From the NCBI GenBank assembly GCA_050246815.1, contig JBFWVI010000005.1, forward strand, positions 32,001 through 96,000: a stretch of DNA of 64,000 bases, read 5' to 3'. Within the stretch, counting starts at the first letter, position 1. Each line of letters begins with the position of its first letter. The DNA is from Bdellovibrionales bacterium (GTDB lineage: Bacteria > Bdellovibrionota > Bdellovibrionia > Bdellovibrionales > UBA1609). The position numbers were made by a program, and so were the translations under genes. The notes under the pieces are model-generated. The model had not been told where the DNA came from. It searched no databases and was given only the letters and a program-made list of their open reading frames with translations. Below, in pieces: positions 1-9,679 of this stretch.

Positions 1-290
1 GCTTGGCAGACATAATCAAAATGAGCGGTCTCGCCACGAATCACGGCGCCCAGCCCGATCACAGCGGCACAGCCCTCTTCCAAAAGCCAACGCGCGGCCA
101 GGGGAATTTCAAAGGCTCCGGGCACGCGGATTTGCACGATATTGCCTTTGACCAGGCCGGCCTCTTCTAAACGGGCGACGGCACCAGCTTCAAGGGGCTC
201 TGTGATTTCCCGGTTAAAGCGCGAAGTCACCACTCCCACCACCAGATCACTGGACCACGTCACATCGCCTTGCATGATCGTGTTCGACAT
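1..290 (-). CDS. ribH: 6,7-dimethyl-8-ribityllumazine synthase (runs off the window edge; 3' end missing)
   Basis: Not in the ORF track. Manual translation from ATG 290: MSNTIMQGDVTWSSDLVVGVVTSRFNREIT...VPGAFEIP...LGAVIRGETAHFDYVCQ; directly downstream of ribB. Confidence 0.95.
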   Translation of the reverse strand, partial: MSNTIMQGDVTWSSDLVVGVVTSRFNREITEPLEAGAVARLEEAGLVKGNIVQIRVPGAFEIPLAARWLLEEGCAAVIGLGAVIRGETAHFDYVCQ

Positions 291-291
291 C

Positions 292-1425
292 TTAACACTC
301 CAAACTGGGGTTTTGAGTTTCGGTTAATGCGGGACGGAAATTTTCCATAGGTAAAGTCATGGAATCCACATGCTCAAGGCCGTAGCCCTTAAGACCGACC
401 CGCTTGGCCTGGCTATTGGTTAATAGACAAATCTTACTGAGGCCAAGGGCCCTTAGAATCTGCGCGCCCACGCCATAATCGCGCTCGTCCATGGGACGGC
501 CCGCCTGATCAAGCGGCTGACTTAAAACTTCGTGATTGCGCAAATAGACCAAAACACCGCGTCCCGCTTGATCGATGGCCCGCATGGCCGCCGACAAAAA
601 TTCGCTGCCCGGCACCAGCAAACTTTGAAAGACATCACCCATGACGGATTCCAGCTGCACGCGAACTAAAACCGGATCTGCGCCTGTGATATCGCCCTTG
701 ACCAAAGCCAAATGCTCACGCCCATCCAAATGATTGCGAAACACGTGCAAATGGAATCCTTGGCCTAACTTGGTTGGAAAGCGTGTCGAGCTGACCTCTT
801 CGACGAAAGTTTCCGTCTCAATGCGGTAATTGATCAACTCTTCAATCGTGCCGATTTTGATTTGGTGCTTTTGCGCAAAAGCCAAAAGCTCCGGCAGACG
901 TGCCATCGAGCCATCGGGATTCATAATTTCACAAATGACTGCGGCCGGATTCAAACCGGCCAGCCGGGCCAAATCCACACTGGCTTCGGTGTGACCGGCG
1001 CGCTTTAAAACACCGCCCTCTTGGGCTCGCAATGGAAAAATATGACCAGGCACGATCACATCCGCCGACACCGCCGCAGGATTGGCGGCCACTTTGATGG
1101 TATGGGCACGATCAGCCGCTGAAATCCCGGTCGAAACCCCTTTGCTGGCTTCAATACTCACCGTGAACGCCGTGTGATTGGGTGAGCGATTGCTCTCGCC
1201 TTTCACCATCAACGGCAATTCAAGCTTGTCGATCTGCTGGGAGGTCAGGCTTAAGCAAATCAGGCCACGTGCTTCGCTGGCCATAAAATTCACGATTTGC
1301 GGAGTCACGTAATCTGCTGCGATAATAATATCGCCTTCGTTTTCACGGTCCTCGTCGTCAACCAAGATCACCATGCGGCCGTTACGAATATCTTCAATAA
1401 GGTCGGCAGCCGGACTGAGCTTCAT
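292..1425 (-). CDS. ribB: DHBP synthase fused to a degenerate GTP cyclohydrolase II domain (RibBX-type)
   Basis: DDEDRENEGD, TGISAADRA, GHTEASVDL motifs. C-terminal GCHII-like domain lacks the Zn cysteines. Start placed at ATG 1425 (ATGA overlap with ribE stop). Confidence 0.92.
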   Translation of the reverse strand: MKLSPAADLIEDIRNGRMVILVDDEDRENEGDIIIAADYVTPQIVNFMASEARGLICLSLTSQQIDKLELPLMVKGESNRSPNHTAFTVSIEASKGVSTGISAADRAHTIKVAANPAAVSADVIVPGHIFPLRAQEGGVLKRAGHTEASVDLARLAGLNPAAVICEIMNPDGSMARLPELLAFAQKHQIKIGTIEELINYRIETETFVEEVSSTRFPTKLGQGFHLHVFRNHLDGREHLALVKGDITGADPVLVRVQLESVMGDVFQSLLVPGSEFLSAAMRAIDQAGRGVLVYLRNHEVLSQPLDQAGRPMDERDYGVGAQILRALGLSKICLLTNSQAKRVGLKGYGLEHVDSMTLPMENFRPALTETQNPSLEC

Positions 1426-2090
1426 GATAAAACCTCGGTTTGCGACCATTCGGCCGAAGCATCGCGGTTCACTTTGAACTTGGGCGCCAACTCAAAGCCC
1501 TTTTCATCCAGCCAGCGGGTTAAGCCGCGGGCCATCATGTCGGCCTCTAAAGTAACGCTGTCGCCGGTCTGCAATTCACCTAAATTGGTGCGCTTCAAAG
1601 TCTCGGGGATTAAGCCGACACTCAATTGTCCGCGCTCGACCTGATTGATCGTGAGGCTGACACCATTCACCGCAACACTGCCCTTGTGCCAAATCATGGT
1701 TTTTAATTTCTCTGGAAAAAGAATCTTTAATTTTAAATTTTCACCGACTTTTTCTGTCGCTAAAATTTTACCCATGGCATCAACATGGCCTGAAACCAAA
1801 TGACCGTGCACGCGATCACCAAAACGAAGCGATCGCTCGATGTTCATTTTTTGTTTATCAAGATTTGCCGCTGTCCAACCCGTCACTTGCAGGGTTTCTG
1901 CGCCCAACGCGAAGCTCATGGTCTGCGCGGTGAGGCTTTCAATTGTTAAACAAACTCCGTTCACCGCGACGCTGTCGCCAATTTTAAGGTCGGTGAAATT
2001 TTCAGGACGCTCCAAAGTCACGGCTAACACACCGGCCCGCTCAATTCGATCAAGCACGACAGCCTGGTTTTCAACAATTCCTGAAAACAT
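1422..2090 (-). CDS. ribE: Riboflavin synthase (alpha chain)
   Basis: N-terminal MFSGIVE; duplicated GDSVAVNGVCLT / GSVAVNGVSLT; GHLVSGHVD. Confidence 0.95.
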   Translation of the reverse strand: MFSGIVENQAVVLDRIERAGVLAVTLERPENFTDLKIGDSVAVNGVCLTIESLTAQTMSFALGAETLQVTGWTAANLDKQKMNIERSLRFGDRVHGHLVSGHVDAMGKILATEKVGENLKLKILFPEKLKTMIWHKGSVAVNGVSLTINQVERGQLSVGLIPETLKRTNLGELQTGDSVTLEADMMARGLTRWLDEKGFELAPKFKVNRDASAEWSQTEVLS

Positions 2091-2211
2091 AATGAATTAG
2101 CCTCTTTTGCGGAGATGACTCTATACGTCATGGGTGCTTAAAACACAAGCTGGCCGAGGCATTAAGGTGGGCGACAAGAACCTATGCGTTATGAAGGAAT
2201 GAGTGAATATT

Positions 2212-3678
2212 TTACAACTGCCGTTTGAGGGTCTGCCCAAGTTCCAAACCAATCTTATTCATCAGTTCTTCCTGAGGATCTACCCCGCTTAGAAATCGAG
2301 ACCCCAGCATTTCAGTGCCCGCCACAAAGTGGGCGCTCGTTGCCGACCGCACCAGTGAGTACGACGCCATACCAAACAGATGATACCATGCGCCAAAATT
2401 ATCTCCAAGCGGCGCACTGTCGTTTCGAATGTAAGCCAACAGAGGATGAATACCCGTCTGGGCACGATGAGCCAAGAAGGAGTTCGCAGCCAATACATTG
2501 TGGCAAGTCAACAGGGCCTTAAAAACATCTCCACTTGCCAAACGCAAGCACCGCGCAAAGAGTTCTGCGGGCCAGATCTTCGGCCCTTGGTAATGCTTCA
2601 ACTCGCTTTCAAGCGACTCTTCAATTCCGGTTGGCAACAATCGCCGCGCCTGCGCCATGGCGAGCGCGACCAAAAGTTTACTCAAAATCAAGCCCGGATA
2701 ATCGCGACTTAAAGTCTGCTCGGCATAATAACTCCACACAGGTTCAGGCCCAATGAATGCTTTTTGGGGTCTGTGACTTTGGATCACTTGCAAAAATTTT
2801 TGCGACAGCCCTTCCATAGGCGCAATCGGTTTTTTAGAGGACGTGTATTGCTCCCGCAACAGCACATCTGGCCGCAAAGAACGCATTTCGACGTAGGCCG
2901 ATGAACTTGTTTTTTTACTCGACAAACGGTGAAAATAATCCTTCATCTTGCGCAGCAGGTGCAGGTCGCCCATGGCGTCGACCTGAAGTCCCGGGTACGC
3001 ATGAAATGTTTTATCGATTGGCAAATCACGCAATCTGGATTGAAACAGCTCAAGTCCGTTCCATTTTTCAGCGTAGACCCGATTCACACCCAGACGTCTG
3101 AAAATCTGAGCGACCTCCGGCGTCACCAGATCACTGTCAGGAAAAGTACCCGAACGACCGCTTACAATTAAACTTAAATCTGCTTGTACGACCAGCTCTC
3201 CACCAGCAAAAATCTGCTCCTGTTGATCGACATCCGCCATCACACGGTGTTTACCCGCCAGGCGCACATGCGGCCAAGTTCCAACCTCAGCCAGTCGAAA
3301 TACCCCGTTCGAAAGCAAAACAAAATTGTAGGGCTGATTCTTTTTTAAGCCAGCCAAAAAATCCATCATCGAGCGATATGGTGCCCTCTGAACTTGGGAG
3401 TGGGCATAACTATGAGCCATGACCAGAGGTAGCTGGGCTTTTTCAAAATAAAGGCGCAGCAGAAGATTTTGGGGTGACTGACGCGAAACCAACGGCAATG
3501 GTTCAAGCTCAGGTACGACGAATTCGTACATCGTTGGCAGAGCGGGACCCGCCACGACTGTTAACAAATGCCGATCACAATCACGCTGAAAGACTTCAAA
3601 TTCCGCATGTGCGACCGCGCTCATCAGCTGAAGGGCCAAAAGGGCACCCATACATTTTTGATTCAGCCACCAAAACAT
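2212..3678 (-). CDS. Secreted hypothetical protein with a possible ART/toxin-like central domain
   Basis: 488-aa ORF; signal peptide ending AHA; motif YNFVL...KHRVMA...AGGELVV...SGTFP; C-terminal GAWYHLFG. Confidence 0.75.
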   Translation of the reverse strand: MFWWLNQKCMGALLALQLMSAVAHAEFEVFQRDCDRHLLTVVAGPALPTMYEFVVPELEPLPLVSRQSPQNLLLRLYFEKAQLPLVMAHSYAHSQVQRAPYRSMMDFLAGLKKNQPYNFVLLSNGVFRLAEVGTWPHVRLAGKHRVMADVDQQEQIFAGGELVVQADLSLIVSGRSGTFPDSDLVTPEVAQIFRRLGVNRVYAEKWNGLELFQSRLRDLPIDKTFHAYPGLQVDAMGDLHLLRKMKDYFHRLSSKKTSSSAYVEMRSLRPDVLLREQYTSSKKPIAPMEGLSQKFLQVIQSHRPQKAFIGPEPVWSYYAEQTLSRDYPGLILSKLLVALAMAQARRLLPTGIEESLESELKHYQGPKIWPAELFARCLRLASGDVFKALLTCHNVLAANSFLAHRAQTGIHPLLAYIRNDSAPLGDNFGAWYHLFGMASYSLVRSATSAHFVAGTEMLGSRFLSGVDPQEELMNKIGLELGQTLKRQL

Positions 3679-3714
3679 TTACGCCTCGAATTCGTTCTAA
3701 GCCTCACTCCCATT

Positions 3715-3730
3715 TGCAAAGAAAAAGCCA
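3715..3730 (-). promoter_or_regulatory. Putative sigma-54 -24/-12 promoter of the 2212..3678 gene
   Basis: TGGCTTTTTCTTTGCA on the minus strand (GG-N10-GC), 36 nt upstream of the ATG. Confidence 0.55.
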
Positions 3731-3856
3731 ATGCAATCAGGGTTTAAACCTGTTTAAGGGCCGTTTCCGCCCCCTTCATTGCGCTTAAATTGTAGATGGT
3801 GAAGCCTGGTGACAAATTCCGCCCATGGTTTATATAAACTAAAAAAAGGGGGCGCC

Positions 3857-5068
3857 TTGCTTAAACCGATAGCATTGCTCATGATTTTTCAGCTTTGTAG
3901 CACAGCCAAAGCCTTTGAATCTTGGCCCGAATACCGCGGCCTGGCCGCAGCCGAGGCCGAGGGCCTGGATGACCCCCGTTTGATCGACGCTGAATACATC
4001 TCAGATTTTGTTTCGTACCAAAAGCCCCTCAGCTGGGAAGCCAAACTCTGGCGTAGACAACAGGGCTTTGACTTCAGCGTGGGCAGCCTGGGCGGCAAAG
4101 AATTTTTGCTGGATCAACGACTGCTTTTGACGGCGCCCTTTACCGAGCGCCTGACTTTTCGCCTGATTTGGTTCAACGACCAAGAACTCGAAGATGATTT
4201 TTCAACGCAAAAGATGGAAATCGCTTATCGCGTGGGCGCCAGTTGGGGAGTGGCCGGCTATGGCAGCCTGGCTTTTCACAAAGAAGAAAATGACGTGGGT
4301 GCGGCACTTTGGCGACGGGTGGGCTTAAGCGAAGCCCGTGTGTATTTTAGCCTGCTGGATTTTCAACGCAACGAACGTAACCGCGAAACCGATCGTTGGG
4401 GGAAACACTCCGAGCCCAAAGCCTATGGCTTGATCATGCGTCGCTCGATCGAAAGTGAACTTGGCCCCAGTTGGTGGAGTGAGTTCAGCGTGCGCCATGA
4501 GCCGCGGGCAAAGTGGAACTTCCCTGATGTCGAACGTCGCTATGAATATCAGCGCACAGCTGCTCACGTGAAAGTCCACCGCGAACTGGCCGACGGCCGA
4601 GCGCGCAGCACAAGACTCGCCTGGGACGACAAGTCCGAAAGCGAAACATTTTTCGCCCCCGCCTCTCCCAGCGAAAATCAGGTGCGCCGCCAGCGTATTT
4701 GGCTTCAAGCAGAGCAAACCATCCCCCAAGGCAAAGTCGATTTGCGCGTCGGCCTGAATCACTTTTGGCGCCGCTATGTGGGTTTGGGACGCGATGTGGT
4801 TTATCGCGACTGGTTGCCGACACTTTGGCTCGATCGCGAGAACTGGCAATTTGGTTATGATGCGGCCTTTCGTTGGACCTCTTTCAGCGGGGACTGGCTG
4901 GATGCCAAAACCGAACACGATGACATTAACCATCGCCTGAATGTGCTTTATCGCTGGCTGTTCGCAGACCAGGGGGAATTGGCATTTTTATTCACTTTCG
5001 ACTTGGATCGCTTCGGAACCGAAGAAACTTGGCAGGGCGGATCAAGCCGCTTACAGTGGTTTTTCTAG
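3857..5068 (+). CDS. Predicted outer-membrane beta-barrel protein
   Basis: Signal peptide (AKA), amphipathic aromatic-rich strands, C-terminal LQWFF. Start chosen at TTG 3857 after GGGGG; ORF track starts at 3809. Confidence 0.7.
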   Translation: MLKPIALLMIFQLCSTAKAFESWPEYRGLAAAEAEGLDDPRLIDAEYISDFVSYQKPLSWEAKLWRRQQGFDFSVGSLGGKEFLLDQRLLLTAPFTERLTFRLIWFNDQELEDDFSTQKMEIAYRVGASWGVAGYGSLAFHKEENDVGAALWRRVGLSEARVYFSLLDFQRNERNRETDRWGKHSEPKAYGLIMRRSIESELGPSWWSEFSVRHEPRAKWNFPDVERRYEYQRTAAHVKVHRELADGRARSTRLAWDDKSESETFFAPASPSENQVRRQRIWLQAEQTIPQGKVDLRVGLNHFWRRYVGLGRDVVYRDWLPTLWLDRENWQFGYDAAFRWTSFSGDWLDAKTEHDDINHRLNVLYRWLFADQGELAFLFTFDLDRFGTEETWQGGSSRLQWFF

Positions 5069-5148
5069 ATGCACCTTTTAATCCGAACTGCGGACTCTCA
5101 ACAATCTAGACCTAAAAATTAGCGCTATCGTGCCGGGGTTTTCTTTGC

Positions 5149-5175
5149 AAAAAGAAAACCCCGCTTCCGCGGGGT
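5149..5175 (-). terminator. Intrinsic terminator on the minus strand (end of clpB 3'UTR or of an antisense RNA)
   Basis: Minus strand ACCCCGC-GGAA-GCGGGGT followed by TTTCTTTTT. Confidence 0.7.
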
Positions 5176-5222
5176 CTGCTTACGGATGGCTTTCCGAATC
5201 CAATTGGATTGGAGGCCTCAAA

Positions 5223-5330
5223 ATGAACAAAAAGAAGATATTGTTCATTCGGCAAACCTTTGAAATTATTAAACTGCTTTTGCAAATTATTTGGATTTTG
5301 CTCCTGATTTTGCACTGGTTGGATTTCTAA
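5223..5330 (+). CDS. 35-aa hydrophobic peptide, candidate type I toxin
   Basis: GGAGG at 5211-5215, then ATG 5223: MNKKKILFIRQTFEIIKLLLQIIWILLLILHWLDF. Confidence 0.65.
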   Translation: MNKKKILFIRQTFEIIKLLLQIIWILLLILHWLDF

Positions 5331-5435
5331 ATGTTGGCCTCGGGGCTCCAGCGTGTTCAGCGCCTCAAGACGAGGCGTCCAACCTGGACATTGGCAAGGC
5401 CAAACAAGGCGCCCGCGCGAAGCACTGACAAATTT

Positions 5436-8036
5436 TTAGTTGGCCTTAAAGGTCAACACACCCTGCACCACATCAACCTTGACGGTTTTACCCGCCCCGA
5501 TTTTGTGGCTGATCAAATCCTTGGCCAAGGCATTCAAAACCTCGCTTTGGATCACTCGCTTCAACGGGCGCGCGCCGTAAACCGGGTCAAAACCACGTTC
5601 TGCCAAGTGATCCAGAGCCGCATCGCTGAACTGCAAGGTGATTTTCTTTTCACCCAGACGTCGAACCACATCTTGCAACTGAACCTCGACGATACCGCGG
5701 ATCTGTTTTTCCTCTAAGGTATTGAAGATCACGGTTTCATCGACTCGGTTTAAGAACTCAGGCCTAAAGTGCTCGCGCAAAGCCTTCATCACCAGCTTTT
5801 CTTTTTCAGCGCGGGATAATTTTTCATCGATCAAGGCTTGCGAGCCCACATTCGATGTCATCACGATCACGGTGTTTTTAAAGTCTACGGTGCGGCCCTG
5901 GCCATCGGTTAAACGACCATCGTCCAAAACCTGCAGCAACACATTAAACACTTCAGGATGAGCCTTTTCGACTTCATCCAGCAGCACCACCGAATACGGG
6001 CGACGGCGCACACGTTCAGTCAACTGACCGCCTTCTTCATAACCCACATACCCCGGAGGCGCGCCGATCAAGCGCGACACGGCGTGCTTTTCCATGTATT
6101 CGCTCATGTCGATACGAACCACGGCATCTTCGGTGTCGAACATAAATTCGGCCAAAGCTTTTACAGTTTCAGTTTTACCCACACCCGTGGGGCCTAAAAA
6201 GATAAAGCTGCCGATGGGCCGACGAGGATCCGCGATTTCCGCACGCGCGCGGCGAATCGCATCTGAGACCGCCTCTAGCGCTTGGTCTTGACCCACTACG
6301 CGGCGGCGCAAAAAGTCTTCCATCTTCAATAATTTGTCAGTTTCACTTTCGAGCATTTTTTGAACCGGCACTCCGGTCCATTTGGCCACCACTTCGGCGA
6401 TTTCCTCTGGCCCCACCTCTTCTTTGAGCATTCGCACTTTGTCGCTCGATTTACGTTTCGACTCAGGCCCCAAGTCGTGGTTGGCCTGCTCCAATTTTTT
6501 TTCTAGTTCGGGCAAGCGGCCGTACTTCAGCTCCGCGGCGCGGGCCAAATTGCCCTCGCGTTCTGCGCGTTCGATTTCAATGCGCACGCCTTCGATTTCT
6601 TGCTTGGTTACTTTTAAGACGTCGATCTCGCCTTTTTCGGCCTCCCACTGCTTTTTCAGGGTGGCCAATTTGGCGTTGTGATCTTTCACCTCTTGCTCCA
6701 AAGCACTCAATCGCTCTTTTGCACCGGCGTCTTTTTCTTTTTTCAAGGCTTCCCGTTCGATTTGCAGCTGCATCACTTTGCGCTGAATTTCATCGATTGC
6801 CGAGGGCACCGAGTTGATCTCGATGCTCAGGCGCGAAGCGGCCTCATCCATCAAGTCGATGGCTTTATCGGGTAAAAAACGGGCCGTGATATAGCGATGC
6901 GACAGCTTCACCGCGCTGATGATCGCCGAGTCTGTGATGCGCACGCCATGGTGCACTTCGTACTTCTCTTTTAGACCACGCAAAATGGTGATGGCATCTT
7001 CGACCGAAGGCTCATCGACCAAGACGGTTTGAAAGCGACGCTCAAGCGCTTTGTCTTTTTCAATGAATTTTCGATACTCATCCAATGTCGTGGCACCGAT
7101 ACAGCGCAGCTCGCCGCGCGCCAGGGCGGGTTTCAAAATTTGCCCGGCATCCATGGCGCCTTCGCTTTTTCCAGCGCCCACCAACGTATGAATCTCGTCG
7201 ATAAACAAAACGATCTGGCCATTGCTGTCGGTGACCTCTTTAATGACGGCTTTTAAGCGATCTTCAAATTCACCACGGTACTTGGCACCGGCGATCAGGC
7301 TGGCCATGTCCAAAGCCAACAACCGACGATCTTTCAAGACTTCCGGAACGTCGCCATTGATCACTCTTAAAGCCAAACCTTCCGCGATGGCGGTTTTGCC
7401 AACCCCCGGCTCGCCAATTAAAACCGGATTGTTTTTAGTTCGACGCGACAGCACTTGAATCACGCGACGGATCTCTTCATCGCGCCCGATTACCGGGTCC
7501 AGCTTACCCTCTTCGGCCATCTGCGTGAGGTCCTTGGCGTATTTTTTCAAGGACTCAAATTTTCCCTCGGGATTGTCGTCGGTCACTTTTTGCGAGCCAC
7601 GCATGGTCTTAACCGCCTCTTCGATTTGCTTTAAACTTAGTCTTTGCTTTTCAAACACACGTTGCAAGTCCGTCGAGGCGTTTTGCAGCAAGCCGAGCAG
7701 CAGGTGCTCGGTGGACACATAGGAGTCATCCATAGTTTTGGCCTGCTTTTCAGCGGCCTCCAGTCCCCGCATCAGGGCTTGGCTCAAACCCACCTTCACC
7801 GAAGATCCGGTCACGGTGGGAAGTTGGCCCAAGCGGCCATTTAACTCACTTTTCAAGGAGGTTGCATTGGCGCCCGCCAACTCCACCACTCGGGGGACCA
7901 AACCCTCTTTTTGTTCAAGCAACGCCCACAGCAAATGCTCGGGCTCGACACCGGGATTATGACGGCTTTCAGCTGCTTCCACTGCGGCTTTTACCGCCTC
8001 CTGGGACTTTGTTGTGAATCGTTCGAGATTGACCAT
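5436..8036 (-). CDS. clpB: ATP-dependent chaperone ClpB
   Basis: 866 aa; two AAA+ modules ([16 protein letters not shown]); long coiled-coil middle domain ([10 protein letters not shown]). Confidence 0.98.
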   Translation of the reverse strand: MVNLERFTTKSQEAVKAAVEAAESRHNPGVEPEHLLWALLEQKEGLVPRVVELAGANATSLKSELNGRLGQLPTVTGSSVKVGLSQALMRGLEAAEKQAKTMDDSYVSTEHLLLGLLQNASTDLQRVFEKQRLSLKQIEEAVKTMRGSQKVTDDNPEGKFESLKKYAKDLTQMAEEGKLDPVIGRDEEIRRVIQVLSRRTKNNPVLIGEPGVGKTAIAEGLALRVINGDVPEVLKDRRLLALDMASLIAGAKYRGEFEDRLKAVIKEVTDSNGQIVLFIDEIHTLVGAGKSEGAMDAGQILKPALARGELRCIGATTLDEYRKFIEKDKALERRFQTVLVDEPSVEDAITILRGLKEKYEVHHGVRITDSAIISAVKLSHRYITARFLPDKAIDLMDEAASRLSIEINSVPSAIDEIQRKVMQLQIEREALKKEKDAGAKERLSALEQEVKDHNAKLATLKKQWEAEKGEIDVLKVTKQEIEGVRIEIERAEREGNLARAAELKYGRLPELEKKLEQANHDLGPESKRKSSDKVRMLKEEVGPEEIAEVVAKWTGVPVQKMLESETDKLLKMEDFLRRRVVGQDQALEAVSDAIRRARAEIADPRRPIGSFIFLGPTGVGKTETVKALAEFMFDTEDAVVRIDMSEYMEKHAVSRLIGAPPGYVGYEEGGQLTERVRRRPYSVVLLDEVEKAHPEVFNVLLQVLDDGRLTDGQGRTVDFKNTVIVMTSNVGSQALIDEKLSRAEKEKLVMKALREHFRPEFLNRVDETVIFNTLEEKQIRGIVEVQLQDVVRRLGEKKITLQFSDAALDHLAERGFDPVYGARPLKRVIQSEVLNALAKDLISHKIGAGKTVKVDVVQGVLTFKAN

Positions 8037-8108
8037 TTTCCTCGCCTTACTCCCTTAAAAGGGCTATACATACACAGTTCAAATCTGGGTCTTTTTGAGG
8101 ACTTGTCA

Positions 8109-8360
8109 ATGGAAGCCAAAAGAGAAACAAAATCTGAAATTGTGAAGTCAAATCGAAGTCTTATCCTGGACCCTGTCAACCCGCGCGACTTTGCCGAACT
8201 GAATATGATCTATGCTTGCGAGCAGTGCTCCCACTTCGATCCTGAAGGCGCACAATGCACCATCGGTTATGAGGCCCACCTTCACCGCCGCGACCGCCAG
8301 TTGAAACTTTATAATCTCAGCGGTCGCATGGCCTTTTGCCGCTTTATGGAAATCGACTAA
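8109..8360 (+). CDS. Small cysteine-rich hypothetical protein (83 aa)
   Basis: From ATG 8109: ...YACEQCSHFD...QCTIG...FCRFMEID; divergent from clpB. Confidence 0.7.
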   Translation: MEAKRETKSEIVKSNRSLILDPVNPRDFAELNMIYACEQCSHFDPEGAQCTIGYEAHLHRRDRQLKLYNLSGRMAFCRFMEID

Positions 8361-8363
8361 AAC

Positions 8364-9284
8364 TTGATAAGCTGGGTGATCTGGCTGTTGGGCCTGGCGG
8401 TTTTGGGTTGGCTGATTTTTTTAAGCCTTTGGCTTTTCACTGTCTTACGTCCAGACGATGGCGTTGACCTGCCCCCTTTGCAGTACTTCACCATTGGCGA
8501 AGACAAGATTGCTTTTTATAGAACCGGCCAGGGCCGCCCCCTGATCCTGCTGCATGGGTTGGGTGCCTCGGCCTACAGTTGGCGCTATATAATAAGTGAA
8601 CTGAAGCAGGAGTACGAACTGATCGCCATTGATCTGATGGGCTTTGGTCGTAGCAGTAAGCCTCTCAACGCGGATTACAGTCTGGAAACACAAAGCCAGT
8701 GGCTGCATCAAACCATTCAATCTTTTGGGTTGGGTCCCGTCACTTTGGTGGGGAGCTCAATGGGCGGACTGCTGGCCCTTTGGTTGGCCAAGGAGCATCC
8801 TGAACTCTACCCCAAGATCATCGCCCTTTCCCCCGCCACCCTGGGCAAGCGAGGCCGTGCAGCTTCGAAGGTGTGGCTGCGGGGAGAAAAATTAGTCCCC
8901 ATAATGGTGAATCGTTGGACCATGCCGTGGATCGTGCTTAGCGTGGTGGGATCGTTGCGGCCGCTGAATCGCCGCTCACTGCGCGAGTATCTAGGCCCCA
9001 ATACCTTGGTTCCATTTTTAAAATGCCACCAAGCCATCTGCGACGAACGTTTGCCTGATGCCCTGAAAGGCCTTCAGGCCGCGACTTTGGTACTTCGCGG
9101 AAAATTTGACATGCAAGTTTCAAGGCTGGTGATGCGGGATCTGCTCAAAGTTTTACCGCATGCCGTTTGGCGCGATTTGCCCAGCGCCCATCACCCGCAA
9201 GAGCATATTCCCAAACGCGTGAGCGATGAAATCCGCGCTTGGCTTAACGGCCAAACCGACGCGACTGCGGTCTTGCAAAGCTAG
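8364..9284 (+). CDS. Membrane-anchored alpha/beta hydrolase
   Basis: N-terminal TM helix; LLHGLG, DLMGFGRS, GSSMGG nucleophile elbow, C-terminal AHHPQE. Confidence 0.9.
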   Translation: MISWVIWLLGLAVLGWLIFLSLWLFTVLRPDDGVDLPPLQYFTIGEDKIAFYRTGQGRPLILLHGLGASAYSWRYIISELKQEYELIAIDLMGFGRSSKPLNADYSLETQSQWLHQTIQSFGLGPVTLVGSSMGGLLALWLAKEHPELYPKIIALSPATLGKRGRAASKVWLRGEKLVPIMVNRWTMPWIVLSVVGSLRPLNRRSLREYLGPNTLVPFLKCHQAICDERLPDALKGLQAATLVLRGKFDMQVSRLVMRDLLKVLPHAVWRDLPSAHHPQEHIPKRVSDEIRAWLNGQTDATAVLQS

Positions 9285-9403
9285 ACAATCGCCCTTAAAT
9301 GCCTTGACCAAAGCCTTTGCCCGACTCGACATCCATCCCCAAGCCTCGACGAAACAAAAGTCCAAATTCAGGGGGCGAAAGTCGTAATTGGCCTACAGTC
9401 CTG

Positions 9404-9430
9404 TCAAGAATCCGATCCCGTTCCCGAAAT
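9404..9430 (+). promoter_or_regulatory. Possible sigma-28 (FliA) promoter of the flagellin
   Basis: TCAA-N15-CCCGAAAT versus consensus TAAA-N15-GCCGATAA. Confidence 0.4.
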
Positions 9431-9509
9431 GTTTGTTGTCACCCGCTGATTCTCATTGGCGAGAACAATTGGTGATGGCTCGAGTGAAGGTGCCCGAGTC
9501 AACGTTCGA

Positions 9510-9679
9510 AAGGAGGCTTCACGGACGACGACAAAAGTACAAGGAAACTTATTTACAAATAAGTTTTAGTACCGAGATTCGAAAGTTAAAAAAACCTAAG
9601 GCTGGGATGCCGCCCCAAAAAGTACGGGGGTTTTACAAGGAGGGATTTTGAGAATGTTTATAAATAACGGAGGATAACT
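9510..9679 (+). promoter_or_regulatory. Flagellin leader with multiple ANGGA (CsrA-type) motifs
   Basis: ANGGA at 9510, 9521, 9541, 9637, 9641 and 9667 (the last overlaps the RBS). Confidence 0.55.

Noticed and set aside
2091..2211. FMN riboswitch upstream of the rib operon
   Set aside because: The gap is only about 120 nt and has no recognisable RFN core motifs on the minus strand
8037..8108. CIRCE (HrcA) operator upstream of clpB
   Set aside because: No TTAGCACTC-N9-GAGTGCTAA match seen
9388..9651. 87-aa ORF upstream of flagellin
   Set aside because: TTG start and no family features; better explained as the flagellin promoter and leader
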